Below are positions 1 to 13,700 of a stretch of DNA of 64,000 nt, piece by piece; position 1 is the first letter of the stretch; the number at the start of each line of letters is the position of its first letter. The stretch covers positions 2,604,001 through 2,668,000 of the forward strand of contig NC_081332.1 in assembly GCF_022539665.2 (NCBI RefSeq). The letters run 5' to 3'. This stretch comes from Daphnia carinata (taxonomy: Eukaryota). A model generated the notes under the pieces. It was not told the origin of the DNA. It was given only the letters and a program-made list of their open reading frames with translations, and did no database searches. Both the position numbers and the translations under genes were made by a program.

Positions 1-213
1 AAATTGAAGATTTAAAAGAACGTGTGCAGCAACATAAAGAAAACGATGATCAGCTCAATCCTATAGTTGGCGCTTTGATCCCACCACGATACGATAATGA
101 CAATACACGAACGAATATCTATACTCTCCTCCAGTTTTTTTTCACTTTCTCTTTTCCTTTATTGACGGTGCAGCCGCGATCTTTTGGCTTCTGCTGCCAA
201 AGACGCGCACAAC

Positions 214-248
214 AGTCCAAGGCTATGACCAAAGATGGCCTGCACTGC
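214..248. repeat. 35-bp non-coding element, copy 1 (AGTCCAAGGCTATGACCAAAGATGGCCTGCACTGC)
   Basis: 34/35 identical to 10687-10721 in the same orientation; flanks unrelated. Confidence 0.9.
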
Positions 249-3200
249 ATCGGCTTGCATACGCGCGCGCACAAACACACCGCTCGCCCCCTTTTTTTTT
301 TTTTTTTCTTGACCCACACGATTCACCTCCTTCGTTTGAAACCAAAGAGAAACCTCTCCAACATTCAAGCACGAAATCAACAGTCAACTTGCGATACATT
401 CGAAATAAACAAAAAATCTCGATATACCTGTTGGCGTGGGTTATCAAAAAATGGGCTGGACGACCCAAACAACAAACAAAAATTTTGAAGGATGACGATA
501 ATGTTATTTCCGTTTAATCCGATCGCCTATCACCATCGATGCAATTAGACACTGGACGGATAACGATGCTGGCAACAGTTGGCTGCTGCAATGAGCCAAC
601 GTTGAAAAGGTATCGAAGGAGAAACTTGAACCAGACAGTAAAGCAAAAGGCGAAAAATAGGGAAGGCAACGGTTGGGTCAGAGGTGCGTGTTCGCTGCTG
701 CCAGCGAGGACGACAGACCAACTACGACTGCAGGCTCAACGTCAGACTCCTCCTTTTTCTACATATCGTTGTCTACTACATCTACGTAAGGAGCGAAAAT
801 ACAAAAAGGAAATAACAGTGGAATATGCGAACCCACATCATTAAGATGTAAAAAAAGATGGGTCCAAAACATTCAAGACAAAAAGTGAATTCTGGTCGAC
901 AGATTTGATACTCTGTTGCCTCGAGCTTCAGATTCACGCGCCAGGCAAAAACAGATAAAAACAAAAATGTGCAAAAATGTCCTCGCCCACTTATCTGTCG
1001 ATCCGATCATGGCTACTCGGTGCCATTAACCATACATGGAAGTAGACAAAGGCCAATAGACGTGCACAAGTCTAACGATTCAACATCCTCTTACAACTTG
1101 TTTGCAAACGAAACGTTATACAAGACGGTCGAATGAAAAATGCAAACAAACCGGAAAACAAAGAGAAACGGGCCAATTCTGCGCGGACGTCCGTTACGTG
1201 CACAAACTGAAACACTCGAAAACACCCTAAAATAAGAAAATGGACTGGACGTGCAAACTATGCCCATGTAGACAAAGCACCCTTTAAATTCATTCATTTG
1301 CCAACTACATAAGCGACAAGAAAACAGGGTGTGGTCGTGTGTTCCTTTTCTTGTAAATGCTGACGCTGTTGTTATCTAGAAAGAAGCGAGTCTACATCAT
1401 TCTAGTAAGTTATAATTATCAAACATCACGAACGTTCTGATGAATCTCGAGGCTATGGCAAAAAATGCTGGCAGCGCATCCTCAAACGTCGTGATTCACC
1501 TACTTGCAACGGGCAAGGGAATGATCGACGTAAGTCTTGTTTGTGCTACGTGTTTGCTTTTCATCTATTTCAACGGGTCAGAATTCCTTTTTCATCAACA
1601 CGGTACGAATAAGAGCACGGGGCATCAAGCGGCTATAGATAGAAAGCGCTTGTGAACAGCCAACTCCCTCCCAGCCCATAGTCTACTGCGATTGGGCACC
1701 GTAAAGACTTTCAAACGAAACCGGTAAAAAAAAAAAATAAAATAAAATAAAAGTTGACTCATCGTCTTCCTTGCAACGTGGAAGTTGGGGCGCTGAATTG
1801 GAAGTTTGCCATACTGGCGGGGCAAGCCACACATCCTACACAAATGACCTCAAAAATGGGTAAATAGGGTTCTACATACGTACCCCATAAACAAAGGTGG
1901 GAAAATCGAGTTGAAGAAAACTTGAATCGTTCGACGGAAACCTACGGCTGAAAATAGAAGACGGTTAACGAAATGATCAATTTCCTGGGGCTAGAGCGTC
2001 GATAAGTGACAGACGGACCTCTCTGAATTGGCGAGTCAAGTGGAGAATTTGTGGTTTGGCGCACGACAGCTCGTTAACTATTGCAGTTTTATTTGCTTCT
2101 TGAAAACAAAAATGGACCAGTTCAAATGTCAAGAGACGGCTGACTGCTGCGTAGTTGCAAACATCAAGTGATTCATTAAAATGACTAGCTCAATGGAAAT
2201 GAGCTCGGCATACTAAATACGTCAAGAGAAGCAACAGCAGGATATGGCGGCCAAGGTCCGTCTTCTCCACGTCAAGTGCCAAATTAAAATGTGAAAAAAA
2301 AAGGTGGCAAGGCTATCGTGAAGAAGCGTCGCCCTTGCAACATCAACATGGCATGAATACGCAGAATCTCTTTGATACTGTCACTACCAACAACGCCCAG
2401 TCGACGCGATAAATAGCAAAAAATGAAAGCTATTAGCAGCCAAACAAGGAATAGCTGTGGAATGCAAAGGAAACAGGTCACGAACCAATCACGATTTGCT
2501 GTTACTCAACAAAAGATTTTCCACGTGACAAATTTCGACACAGAAAATGAGGCAACGAAATTGCGACTAACGAAAATCATTTTGGTAGCTCTGGTGTTCA
2601 GCCGTTTTCAACGCGATAGAATCAAGTGGAAAAGGCAGAGATAAGTCGAAACAGAAAAAAGCCATCAACAGGTGTGCCACCGAAAATGGAAAGTGAAGGA
2701 CGTTCTCCTGTTTACCTTTCCCCCTCGGAATGCGTGTGGCCTCAAACGTCGGACGACAACTCAACAAGGATAAACGAACATCAAGGAAACCGTGACCCAG
2801 CATCATCTTTTCTCTTTCAGTCCCAACTCTCTCCCCCCCCCCATTAGGCCTACTTACAAACAGGTAAAACCACCCTTTTGTTAGAACCCTGTACTATTCT
2901 CGCATAAAAACCCCGCAACAACGCAATCTCACCAGAGAAGGAATCAAATCGCTTGCTATAATTTAGCATAATCATTTCGTGAAAAAAACCCACTTACTAT
3001 TACAACTTTTAAAAGAATGAAAGCAAAGAAATACGAGTTTGGATCAAATAAAAAGGCGTTTTCAGCCGACGCCCTCCAAACTTTCAACCTCTTTAAACAG
3101 AAACAGGCCAAACCCTATACAGGCATCAATGTGCCCATTTATGATTTCATACGGCCAGAATAGACCGCTGTTTCCCTCCGCCTGCCCTCTCTGTGACCCA

Positions 3201-3885
3201 AAGGAAAGCGACAATAATTAATGGCGTCGTCAATTCGAACAATTGTCAACGCACCCATCTCTTAATGAACGCGCAACGCAACTGCCTGGAGAGGCAATAG
3301 CGCTCCAAATAAGTCCCGTCTATCATTATTTCGGCATTCCCAATTTGGATGGTCTTCCCACTCTCGTCCCTCCTACTAAAGATTAGTCGATAATCTTTGC
3401 AATGTCTTGCTTCTCTATCCTGCCCATAAAAGGCAACGTCTATCTGTTTACTTCTACAACAACAACACAAAGCAGCGTTCCGTTGCCAGGACGCTTGCAT
3501 TTTGCTATAAAGTTATTGGCGCCTGGAACCTCCTCCGCCCGTCGGACCGTTCCTTTTTTTTTTTTTTTTCCTTGCCACCACCTTATAAAGTAAGATCAAA
3601 CTCAGGGCAACACCACGCACGTACTGCAGGTGTACACATGCAAACGAAATCCAGAAAGGGTAAGAAGGAAGTTCCACAGCTCATGATGGTTACAAAAACG
3701 CTATGACGTCACGACTGTGTCGTCATCGCCATCCACTTAAGGAATCCGGCAGTAAGCCAAAACATTAAAAGTCACAACTCGCAAAACGGACGGAGAATAC
3801 ACAGAAAGCCAATAAATAAATAAAAGCGTACAAAATTAAAAACACAGCAAAGAAAAACGACAAAATGAAGTGAAGATCCGCTTAC

Positions 3886-3930
3886 CTTATTTGCTGAACG
3901 CCATCCGAATAATCGCTCCATTGAATTCAT
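3886..3930 (-). CDS. Probable first coding exon (MNSMERLFGWRSANK) of an unidentified gene continuing beyond the left edge
   Basis: ATG at 3930, 15 codons, then a strong AAG|GTAAGC donor; pyrimidine-rich acceptor near 3997 and another donor near 5078 suggest a 5'UTR exon upstream. No recognisable domain. Confidence 0.3.
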
Positions 3931-5750
3931 CAATAACCCCAGAAAAGCTCGTAGATCCCGGATGTATCATTCATCATTGTGACGATACTCCTGCCTCTAA
4001 AACAAAGGGAATAGGAAAACAGAAAATGCTATTAGAAAACAGAATTCTGAACACTGCATGAATTTATTACCTACAGCATAATTAGAGGTTGCAACCACAT
4101 TTGGTCAAGCACATCTGCAGAATCGTATTCATGAACCTTTAGTTCTCATACTGAGACGCATCATGGATTGAACATGGACAAGATATTGTCTTAAAAATGA
4201 AATACCTTGGTAGAAAGTTATTTAAACTTTTAAATTCATCATCAGTAGGAAATCAAAGTACCTTATTCTATTTTAATGTTGCCGTAATCCAAGCTGAGAC
4301 ACCATCCATAAGGTCACAAAACTGAAACTTTTGTTTCTGTTCGAAATGGGTTGATGCTACCTGGACATTCCCAGTGGGTGAAGAACATCATTCACCTAAA
4401 AAGAATTACCATTTATATTTGGTGGCAAACAATACCAAACAAATATTTGTACTTTAAAAGAAAATCTTAACATGGACAATTATTCGCAAAGCTATCAAAC
4501 ATTTCCTACATCTTGAGACGGAAACAAGAAATTTTGCACACAGCAACAAATAAGCTATAAAAATTGGTAGTTCAGAAATTCATTAAACACAATACTTTAT
4601 ACTCAACAAGTGTTGCATTTGCCATTTGTTCATCCATTAAATAATTTCACACTCTATAAATGTGTCAATAAGAGTTACACTTTGGGAAAACTCCATTTTT
4701 AATGTTTCCAACAATCATTATTGCTTTCTAATGCGAATGAAATGCATGATGATTTCCAGTAACAGCTAAATATCTTGGGTTTTTACAAACAAACCAAGCT
4801 CATCAAGATGGCACAAAATGTCTCAAAGAAATGAGCCATATTAAAAAATGTAAAATCAATTATTGTCACAGTTCCAAAGCTGGAAACATATTTTTAAAAA
4901 AATAAATAAAATCTGTTGTAAACTACATAGCTCTTTTTTTTTAAGGGAAATGCTGCAGCGTTCTAATGGCTACCTTCATTTTCCTTGATGTAATAGAATA
5001 CCACTCTGGGCTTTTTTGTTTCATTTCACATTCACAGTTGAAAACCTGCTATGTTTGAATGAATAAACATTTATAATACCTACGAGGAAAATTTTTGGCG
5101 GTTCCATCAATTATTTCAATACACGACGTCATTTTCCACGTCGTCTTTGCAAGCGTGCCAAGCAGCAAATGCAAGTTGGCGTTAAAGACTGTTCTAAAAT
5201 GGCGTACGTTCTAGTTCTTGCCCTTTGTTACCCTTACCCTTACTCAGGTACAAGGTTGCCGTTATCAAGGCAATTTCGCGCCAAACTGGACGCTTTCCCG
5301 CCTTTAATTTAGAGTCGTTGCCGTTCGGCTATTGGTAAAATGAATGCAAATAGGCGCCAAAAAGATTAGCAATATGGTGCTATTTTATCCATTTCTCACA
5401 TGCAAACCTCAACATTTCAGTTTCAATAAAAAACTTCTATGCTAAACACCACAACAGACTTGACCACCTGTATGATTAAAATAATGTTAACATAATCAAT
5501 CATTCACTGTCTTACATCATATTTGCATATTACGCCAGATTGTGATAAAAAAAACTTGAGAAAATTCAGCCAATGTTCCAGCCTCTTCTGAAACGTAAAT
5601 AATAAGAGAAAATGTCGATGGTACAGAGTATGTTGTAAAATCGGAAACACTTTCAAAAATTCCTGTGATCAAATACCGTTTTCTCATTGTTTTGAGCTTC
5701 AAACTTTTGGAATAGTCTAAAAATATGGGTCCCATTAAATGCTGCGTTTT

Positions 5751-8700
5751 TCACATGATAACACACGGCATGGCACAGCAGACAGGCAGGCAGATGGGAA
5801 TGACAGCAGCACCGCCAGCTCCAGCTTTGAATTTCGTATCTGATTCTGATCCACCAGCAGAATATTTTGCAGAATATTTCATTTTGCCTTTGGATCCTCC
5901 TCCCATTGACATTGAATGCGATTGCGACTGTTGCTATTATTGAATAAATTAAATACGAAAAATAAATACGAAAATTTCTGAAAGAAAATGAGTTACCATT
6001 AAAAGTGGGGCTTCAGGGCTCGTTTTTGCAAACATTTCGTTCGTTTCGGGTGGATAATAAACAGGTGGAGCGCTAGCGCCGTTCATAGTTGACTTTTTAG
6101 GCGTCTCGACGAACAAGGATTGCTTGGGTATCGGCGCTGGCCCATTAGACTCGACCAACGGAGCAGTAAAAGGCGTAGGATCAGGTCCAACGCGCGGAGT
6201 CGACGTGTATGGCTGCAAAAAATATATGCAGGATGAATAAATTCCAAGATTAAACGTGCGGTCAACCACGTACCTGGTAGGGACCCCCGTTAAACGTATC
6301 CATCAAATCATCCAGTTTTTTGGGTGGCGACTGTAGTCCAGGATCTATTTCAGGGCGTCTAATGGTCGGCAAAGGAGAACCTCCTATGCCTCGTTGATAC
6401 ATTTTTGGTTTAAGAGTAGTCGGTACGGCATAAGGACTGGAAAAAGGATCCTGTTGATTAGGAATCGGTGGATTTCTTTTAACAAGACCCTGCGGGATAA
6501 GGGGATGCCTGGGAACATTGCAGATAGGTTCCGAAGGCATTTCAGCTTCCGTCATGTAGCCTGGATAGTCTGGATGATGAGCTAAAATATCGAAATTGAT
6601 AGATATTAGAGCGCAATTATGAATCCATGACATATTTTTACCAATATTGCATAATAGTTCCGGATGGGAAGGAATAAAACAGTAAGGAGCGGCTTCTCGA
6701 TCTTCAGGGCCCATCATATCTGGATATTGCGGATGTGTTTGGATATTGCACAATCCAAACGGATGGCCAGGGACATCGCAAAACGGTTCCGTCTGAGGCT
6801 CAGTGAGCGACATGTAATCCGGATACTCTGGATGGCCTGGTATATTGCATTTGGATGGGTTTCGGTCGTGCGGATGGCGTTCTTTATCGGAATTGTGGAT
6901 GGGGTGCGACGGAACATTGCAAATGGTTTCCTTGTCCGCTAGAGAACAGCCTGTCGTAAAACCAGGATAATCTGGATGACGGGGAAAGTTGCACTGCAAG
7001 GCAGGATGAATTTTGATATTGCAGACGGGATGCGCCTCCTGTGATCCCGGTGGGCAAGGAGGCGAAGCCGCATACAACGGGAAATTCGGATGTTTCTCTA
7101 CATTGCACATCGGTTGCGGATGTTTCGCAACATTGCACAATAGCCCTGATGATTCCGGAATAATCCGAAGGTTATACAATGGAAAATCTTCATGATCCTA
7201 CAAAAAGGGGGAAATAAATTTGTAATACTTTAATCAATCGAGAAAAATAATTAAATAAACAAATACCGGAAAATTGCATATAGGACTATTGAGTTGGTGG
7301 TGCGACAGTGATTGAATTCCAGCAGCTCTAATTTGTTTTTGGCTAATTCGAGAATAATCAATAACGTGAGCATGATGAACAGTCGACGATAAACTCGACG
7401 AACTGATGGACGATACTGATTTCAGTCGATTATCTGGCGTGGCGTAATGAACTGGCATTTCATTAGACTCGGATGTTTTCGCGTTGCTGCTATAACTATA
7501 GAATTGCTGTCTACTACTGCTGCTGCTAAACGTGTTGCTTTCAGTAGTTCCCGACTGCATCACGACTGGGTTTGTTGAATGAACCTGCTGAGTCGACAAT
7601 TGCTGATGATGAGCTTGGGCCGTCCGACTGGTTTGCTGTGCTTGCACGTTCTCCCTTTCGGGCTGAGCCGATCGTGTGGCCATTTGACTGACTCGCATAA
7701 GATCGCTGAGAGCAGAATCGATTTCATCTGGTCCATATCCTAGCGGCTGTTGTCCAGTAGAAGATGTTCGAACAACTTGAGTCTTTTTGACGATCGTTTC
7801 CACTTCGGTTAACGGGCCGCTTTTATTGTTATTCGTGCTCGTTTCCGAGGCGAAATTGTACGCTACTCCTCGGCTGCTCCACGCTTTAGCTCTCTGCCAA
7901 TACAAATCAATGTGCAATGTGTGTGATAATGAGCTGCAATGTTAGATCCTTTACCTCTGAAACAGATGAAGGAGTTGCCTGGAAATCCTCATCGAATGGC
8001 TCGTCATCGGCTGATGTGGCCGAAGGCATTCCAGTAACGAACGCATTGCCATCGTGTTTTCTATTGGCCAAATGATACTCGGAGTATTGCCGTTGCTGGG
8101 AACTTTGAGAGCGAACGCTGCTGATGCTGCCACCTCTCGACAAACCGTTGCTGAACGCTCCTTCCTATTTTCAATGTAAACTAACGTCAATATACGAAAG
8201 CAATCATTGCATGATGGAAAAAGATTTACGTTATAAGATCCTGCAGTCGACTTTAGGGCAATGCGTTGTTCGGGCGATTGGGATCTGGCATCTCTGATGG
8301 ATGACACTGGACCCATGTCCACTGAAGGATTGGATGCGACAGAAGAACTATCAAACATACGGCAACCAGATGCTGTGCGATGATGTTCTTGACTTGTGCT
8401 ACTAGAGCTGACAGTTTGCCTGGACGATTGTTGATGGGAGCCGGAAGTTAGAGTGTAGGAGGACGACGACACATCTTTCCCGCCTCCTGCTTCTATCCGC
8501 GTCGTTCCCGTTTTCCGTTGAGGCGATATGCTCAGTTGCAGTTCATCCAGCATCCGATCTGCAAAATAGAGACGAGTACGCAGCAATAGAAGAAAATTAG
8601 TCAACTATTAATGACTTTAACATAAAAAAAAAAAAAAAGGATCCATATCAATAAAAGACTGCAAATAAAAGTTAAAAAGAGGCTAGTAAAAACAAAAGCC

Positions 8701-9392
8701 AAACTAATGTAGGATAAAAAAAAAAAAAAAAGAGAGAGCGGGGGAGGGGAGAATGGCGGCCGTAGAAAGTCAAATGAAAAGGTGAAGTGAACAAAAGAGA
8801 CCGACACAAATTCCAAGAATAGATCACGACTTGTGTAGAGGGTCGCCTGTACGTGCATCAGTACCCCAACTGAGCGGAGAAACAAAAACCGACGCAAAAG
8901 TACGGACAAAGAAATTCTACTAAAGTGTAGGCAAATGACTTGGCAAGGTTAAACAAAGAAATATCCTTGGTAGATTTGAACAAGGCCAAAATAAAATAGA
9001 AATGTATAAGATAAAAAAAGAAGGACTATCAAAGTCACGACGAAATCACTAAAAGGCGATATCGCTCTTCATTTTTTTTTTTTCCTCTTTGCAACGACAA
9101 ATTGAAAAGGATTGGGGAAAGTACCAATTAAAATTCGTAGATTATTTCCAAAAGCAAAATAGACAAGAGTCAGACCTAACTTTTGATCCCATTCAGAAGC
9201 CGGATACAATGGCTGGTGGAGTTGTGTTCGATGATGATCATCTTCCTCCTCTCCTTCATCATCCACCTCTTCATGTTCAAAATCTGTTGAATAATGTTGC
9301 TGCTGCTGACTTTGAGTCCACGATTGCTGCTGATGATGGCGGCTACTGCTCATCGACGAAGACGAATAATGATGACGAACATCTCCAGACAT
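5751..9392 (-). CDS. Chascon-like, low-complexity, C-terminally prenylated protein (multi-exon)
   Basis: Spliced exons from ATG 9392 (MSGDVRHH..WDQKL|DRMLDELQ) to a last exon ending GGAAVIPICLPVCCAMPCVIM* (TGA 5751-5753, CaaX box). PPKKLDDLMDTF and PPVYYPP motifs resemble the insect chascon family as I recall it; family assignment not verified. Confidence 0.7.
6500..7285 (-). repeat. Coding tandem array of 12 C-x4-H(P) peptide repeats
   Basis: CNFP|DH, CNVAKHP, CNVEKHP, CNIKIHP, CNFPRHP, CNVPSHP, CNIPGHP, CDVPGHP, CNIQTHP, CFIPSHP, CNI|AHHP, CNVPRHP in ORF 6262..7179 and adjacent exons. Confidence 0.9.
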
Positions 9393-10686
9393 TGTTGGAA
9401 TTTTTCGGTTTTGCCTCCGCTCTTTCAACTACATGAATGAATTAGATATTTAAAAAAAAAAGTGAATTTTTAAAACGATTTGATAGTGTTGTAACATAAA
9501 AGGTGGGTACAACACGTGATATAAACGATCATTTTGGTTGTACTATGAGCCACCCACCCCAACGCATATGGAAATCCAAAACGATTGAGTTATTCATCAA
9601 AGACTGATGCTGACCGTAAGCAAAACTCGTTAGCATTGGTTTCATACGTCCCTGCACGCACACCAAGTTCAGTTTCAATCATTTCAACGACCCGGCTAAA
9701 TAAATGAATTTAGAAAATTACACGCAACTCGCTCGCATTTAGCTCAATAGCACATCATTTGAATCTACAAACATCACAATACATCAACCACGTTGAGGTT
9801 GCCGACGTCTGATTTTCGAAACGGTTCAGCATATTAAGCTACGAAGTTAGCATAGTACGTCAACAGTTACAAAGGAACGCCACCGCCCATAATCCCCCTA
9901 TACATATGGAGGAGGGGAATATATTAGTCAAAACTTTGTTTTCTTTTTGCATTGAAATGAGTAATGAAATAAGGTAGGGTTGAGAACACACTGATGGCTG
10001 GCCTTGGGCATCCATCACGTACATCGGCCGCATGTAGGAAGTGTCTCCCCATGTGTACCTGCGTATGCCTACACGCATGAATGTATGACCATTTCGAGTT
10101 ATAAACAGATGAAAGATCACACCGCCGCTATTTCAACATTCAAATTAAGAGAAATGCTCTGACGGCAGAGAATTCATACAACCCCGAACAGCCCTTGGTT
10201 GAGGGGAAATATTTTAAAATTGAGTTATCGACGATTTTGGAGGAATTTTTTGTCGAGGGTTGGAAAAATAGGGGCGTCGCAACGTCGAAGCGAAAAACAA
10301 AGAAACTGTTGGTGAAGGGAGAAACTGTCGATGGAGGCTGAGAGTCGTTGAGAGATGCGACGGCACGCAATCTAATTTTAAACCAGATGGGGTTGGGTCA
10401 AAGTAACTTGCGTGAAAAACGAGGCGAACGTCCTTGTTTGTAGTAATACAAAGATGACAATAAGTCGAGGCTCATCTTCAAATCCATCCAACAACACGAC
10501 AGAGAGAAATACCTCCCTCAAAAACAATGCCATTGATAATTGTCTTGTACGGAGACGAAAAACGGGAGTCAACAAAAGGCACAACCTTTAGGTCGTACAT
10601 AGAAGCAAGGCCGTGTATGCACAGCTTTCCCATTCTCTCTGTCTCTCCCGGTGCTGCCTATCAGACGAAGAGACGGGGGCAACTTT

Positions 10687-10721
10687 AGTCCAAGGCTATG
10701 ACCAAAGATGGTCTGCACTGC
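10687..10721. repeat. 35-bp non-coding element, copy 2
   Basis: AGTCCAAGGCTATGACCAAAGATGGTCTGCACTGC, one mismatch to 214-248; followed by a short (CT)n tract. Confidence 0.9.
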
Positions 10722-13700
10722 CATAGGCACCGTATCGCTCTCTCTCTCTCTCGTAACAAATATCGAGTAAGTTTGTTTTCTTCTTTAATGACGCTACAGA
10801 ATTTTTAAGTAATATCATTCAAACCCATTAAATGCAATCATGCAACGATAAATGTAATTAAGATTGCATGAAAGTTGTACCTGTTGATCTCGAGCTGCAG
10901 GATCAGATGAAAATATCCAGCGCCCTTGCAAAGGTACGAGGCAGTGATGGATGAATATTTAGCACGTCCACACGGCCAGGTGCTGGTCATGCGCCCCAAA
11001 ATGAACGACACTATGGGCTGATGGATGTATTTGCAACAGTTGTCTGCCACAGCTGCGCTTTCCCTGGTGCGGATCAACGAGACAGCGACGAAAGATTTAA
11101 AAATCCCAAACAACGTGAGCGAGCGCGCTGCTCCGGACGGGACGAGGACGAAAGACCAACTGGCAACCCACGACTAGGTTTCTTATCCTTTTTCTAGACG
11201 TCGATTTCCAAGAGGCACGCATACCTCTACATGGGCGGAAGAAAGCACTGGAGATTGAGTAACAATTTCAACTCATAGTGTGGGTCTAAGGAAGAAAAAA
11301 AAAGAAGGTGAGATGTGCTTATTTGGTGTTGTGTTTCTCAATCATCTTTTGGTGGAAATTCCTAAAATTGTCGATAAACTAACGCCTTCGGTTAGTGCTA
11401 ATAAGATACCGCCGGTCGTCATAAAAGTTATGTTTGTACCATCATCAGCCAAGTGGAGAACTCGTTGTGTCTGAATCTTCCAAACATTTTTGATCTCGTC
11501 CATTCATGCGTTCTTGCAGTCGTGATTCACGCTTCATGACCGTTATCCCCCCCTCACAACATAACCGAGATCCATAGCGAAGGCGGCTATACTTGGATGT
11601 TTATGGGTCTGTTTTCCCTTTTCCGAACACGTTGTCGTATATAGTCCTCCTCCTCGATACTTGTTCGTTGACTCATCGGCCACATGCAACGCGTTCGCAG
11701 GAGCGACGATGCTGGATGGCTATGCTGTCCTAGATAATAGCAAAAAGGTAAAGGGAACTTATGATAAATGGTGCTTAGGAACACTTACCACACGTCATTG
11801 AAAATGGTTGGCAGCCATGTAATTTATGTATCTGGGTTGAGATAGGAAAAACAAAAACAAGATCTATTAGGATGACATTCAACAAACCACCACATAATTA
11901 TTAAAGCAAGAAACGAAATTCAAACGCTCTTCACTGTTAGCAAATCAATTTCGCAAAATAAAAAATGGTCATACTCAACTTAAAAATTCATCTCGATTTC
12001 TCATTCTGATTCTATTTACTGCTATCCGACGGTGCAGCATGCAACGTTCCATATTTGGAGGACGCTGTAATCCATACCTTGAAGAGTAAGAAAAAAAAAG
12101 GTAACCGAAAATGGGAATGGAAACGCGTGGGTTTCTGGGTATATATTTTTAAATTGCCAAACTAGAGCCAAAGTGAAATTGTCAGTCGTCTCTGAGGCGA
12201 TAAAAACGGGTGGACGATCGATCAATCAAGGTGATTCGTAGGGACATTTACTGGATCACGAACAGCAACGCCGAATGTTCACAGACAGGAGTTGGTCAAG
12301 GTCCATTCGCGGATACTGACAATCTTTGTAGACGATGAGCGTCAATCAAAAAGGTTTGCATTGTAACAAGCGTCGAGCACACGTCAAAAACAGGTTGTTG
12401 AAACTCTGAATGTCTACGATGACGACCCACTTTTTTTTTTTTTTTTAACTTATCACAATATTCCCCCAACAGCATCCAAACAGGCACGCATTTCTGTTAT
12501 GATTTTTTTTTGAGGGAATATTTGGGGGCCAGCGAACATGTACAAGTGTGAACGTTATTGCTGCACACTCAGCATCAATAAGAGAACGAGAGGAAAAGTG
12601 GGTCATGAGCTTAAACGACCTCCGTTTTCGATGCCGACATAAACAATTGGAAAAACGATAAAACGCGCAAAAATAAACGGTGAACTAAAGAGAATTAAAA
12701 CAGAAAATCAGAAGACGAATACGATCATTCAGACGCTATCAAACCCCGAACAACAGTTAGCCAAATAGAGATAAAAGGTTGCGCAACAAGCAAGTGGTTC
12801 AGGTGAAAACTGAAAGCAGAAGACGCTAGACAGCAAGTGGATGCAAGTCAAGGACGTTCAACTCTGGTGGCCTTAAGCGACGAAGCCGAAAGATCGTGAC
12901 CAGCAAACGTCACGTTCCTTTCATTCTACAAGCTTTTGTTATTTACTTTTTTAATTTTTCTTTTTACGTCCCACCTTCTTCATATTTGCGTATTGCGCAT
13001 TGTTTCGGGGGCTAATTGAACTCCGTCATTATTTTGCTGTTGGCGGCAATTTAACCATAACGAAAAAAAAAAATTATGTTATCGTTCGCAATCTGATCAA
13101 TTAAGCCGCATTGGAAATTTCAGATAATTACTATCAGGAACGGAATGAGTCTAAGCTACCAAGCCATGCAAAAAGAAAGTGGTGATACTTTAGTAGTGCC
13201 CGAATAATATAAAATTAGCCAGTTCATTAAATTCCAACAGTTAAAAAAAAAATCTCCCCCTATTTGAGCATTAGTCACTGCCCGTCTTCTCCTTTCCACG
13301 CATTTCATGAAAAGTACGGTCTCAAAGTCTCATCTCCTTATTAGGATATGTCTAACAACTTCTTTCTGCCCACAACACGATGAACATTATTTATTAGTTA
13401 CCTTCGGGATATTCGCCTTCTCAGTTCTGAAAGGAGATCCATCCAGCGTCTTACACACTACAGGTGGGCACAGTGGGTCAGGTTGAGCACATCCGACCCA
13501 TCATCTTAGCATATGCTTGGCAACGAGATAAGATCCGATGACGCCATGGGCCATGTCGTCACCAAGTGAGAGCTACAAACACCTACACAAACTTTTGAAA
13601 GCTCACCACCTGAATGAGAAGCTGGCGAAGATAGACATCAAGACATCAGAGAAAAAAAAAAGGAAGGAGAGGCCATTAATTCAAACAAAATCAAAATGTT

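Noticed and set aside
24..3706. Numerous short ORFs on both strands
   Set aside because: Contain poly-A/poly-T derived Lys/Phe runs, often non-ATG starts; typical intronic noise.
5949..9428. Paxillin or Zasp assignment for the LD-like motif gene
   Set aside because: No LIM or PDZ domain; the protein ends in a CaaX box instead.
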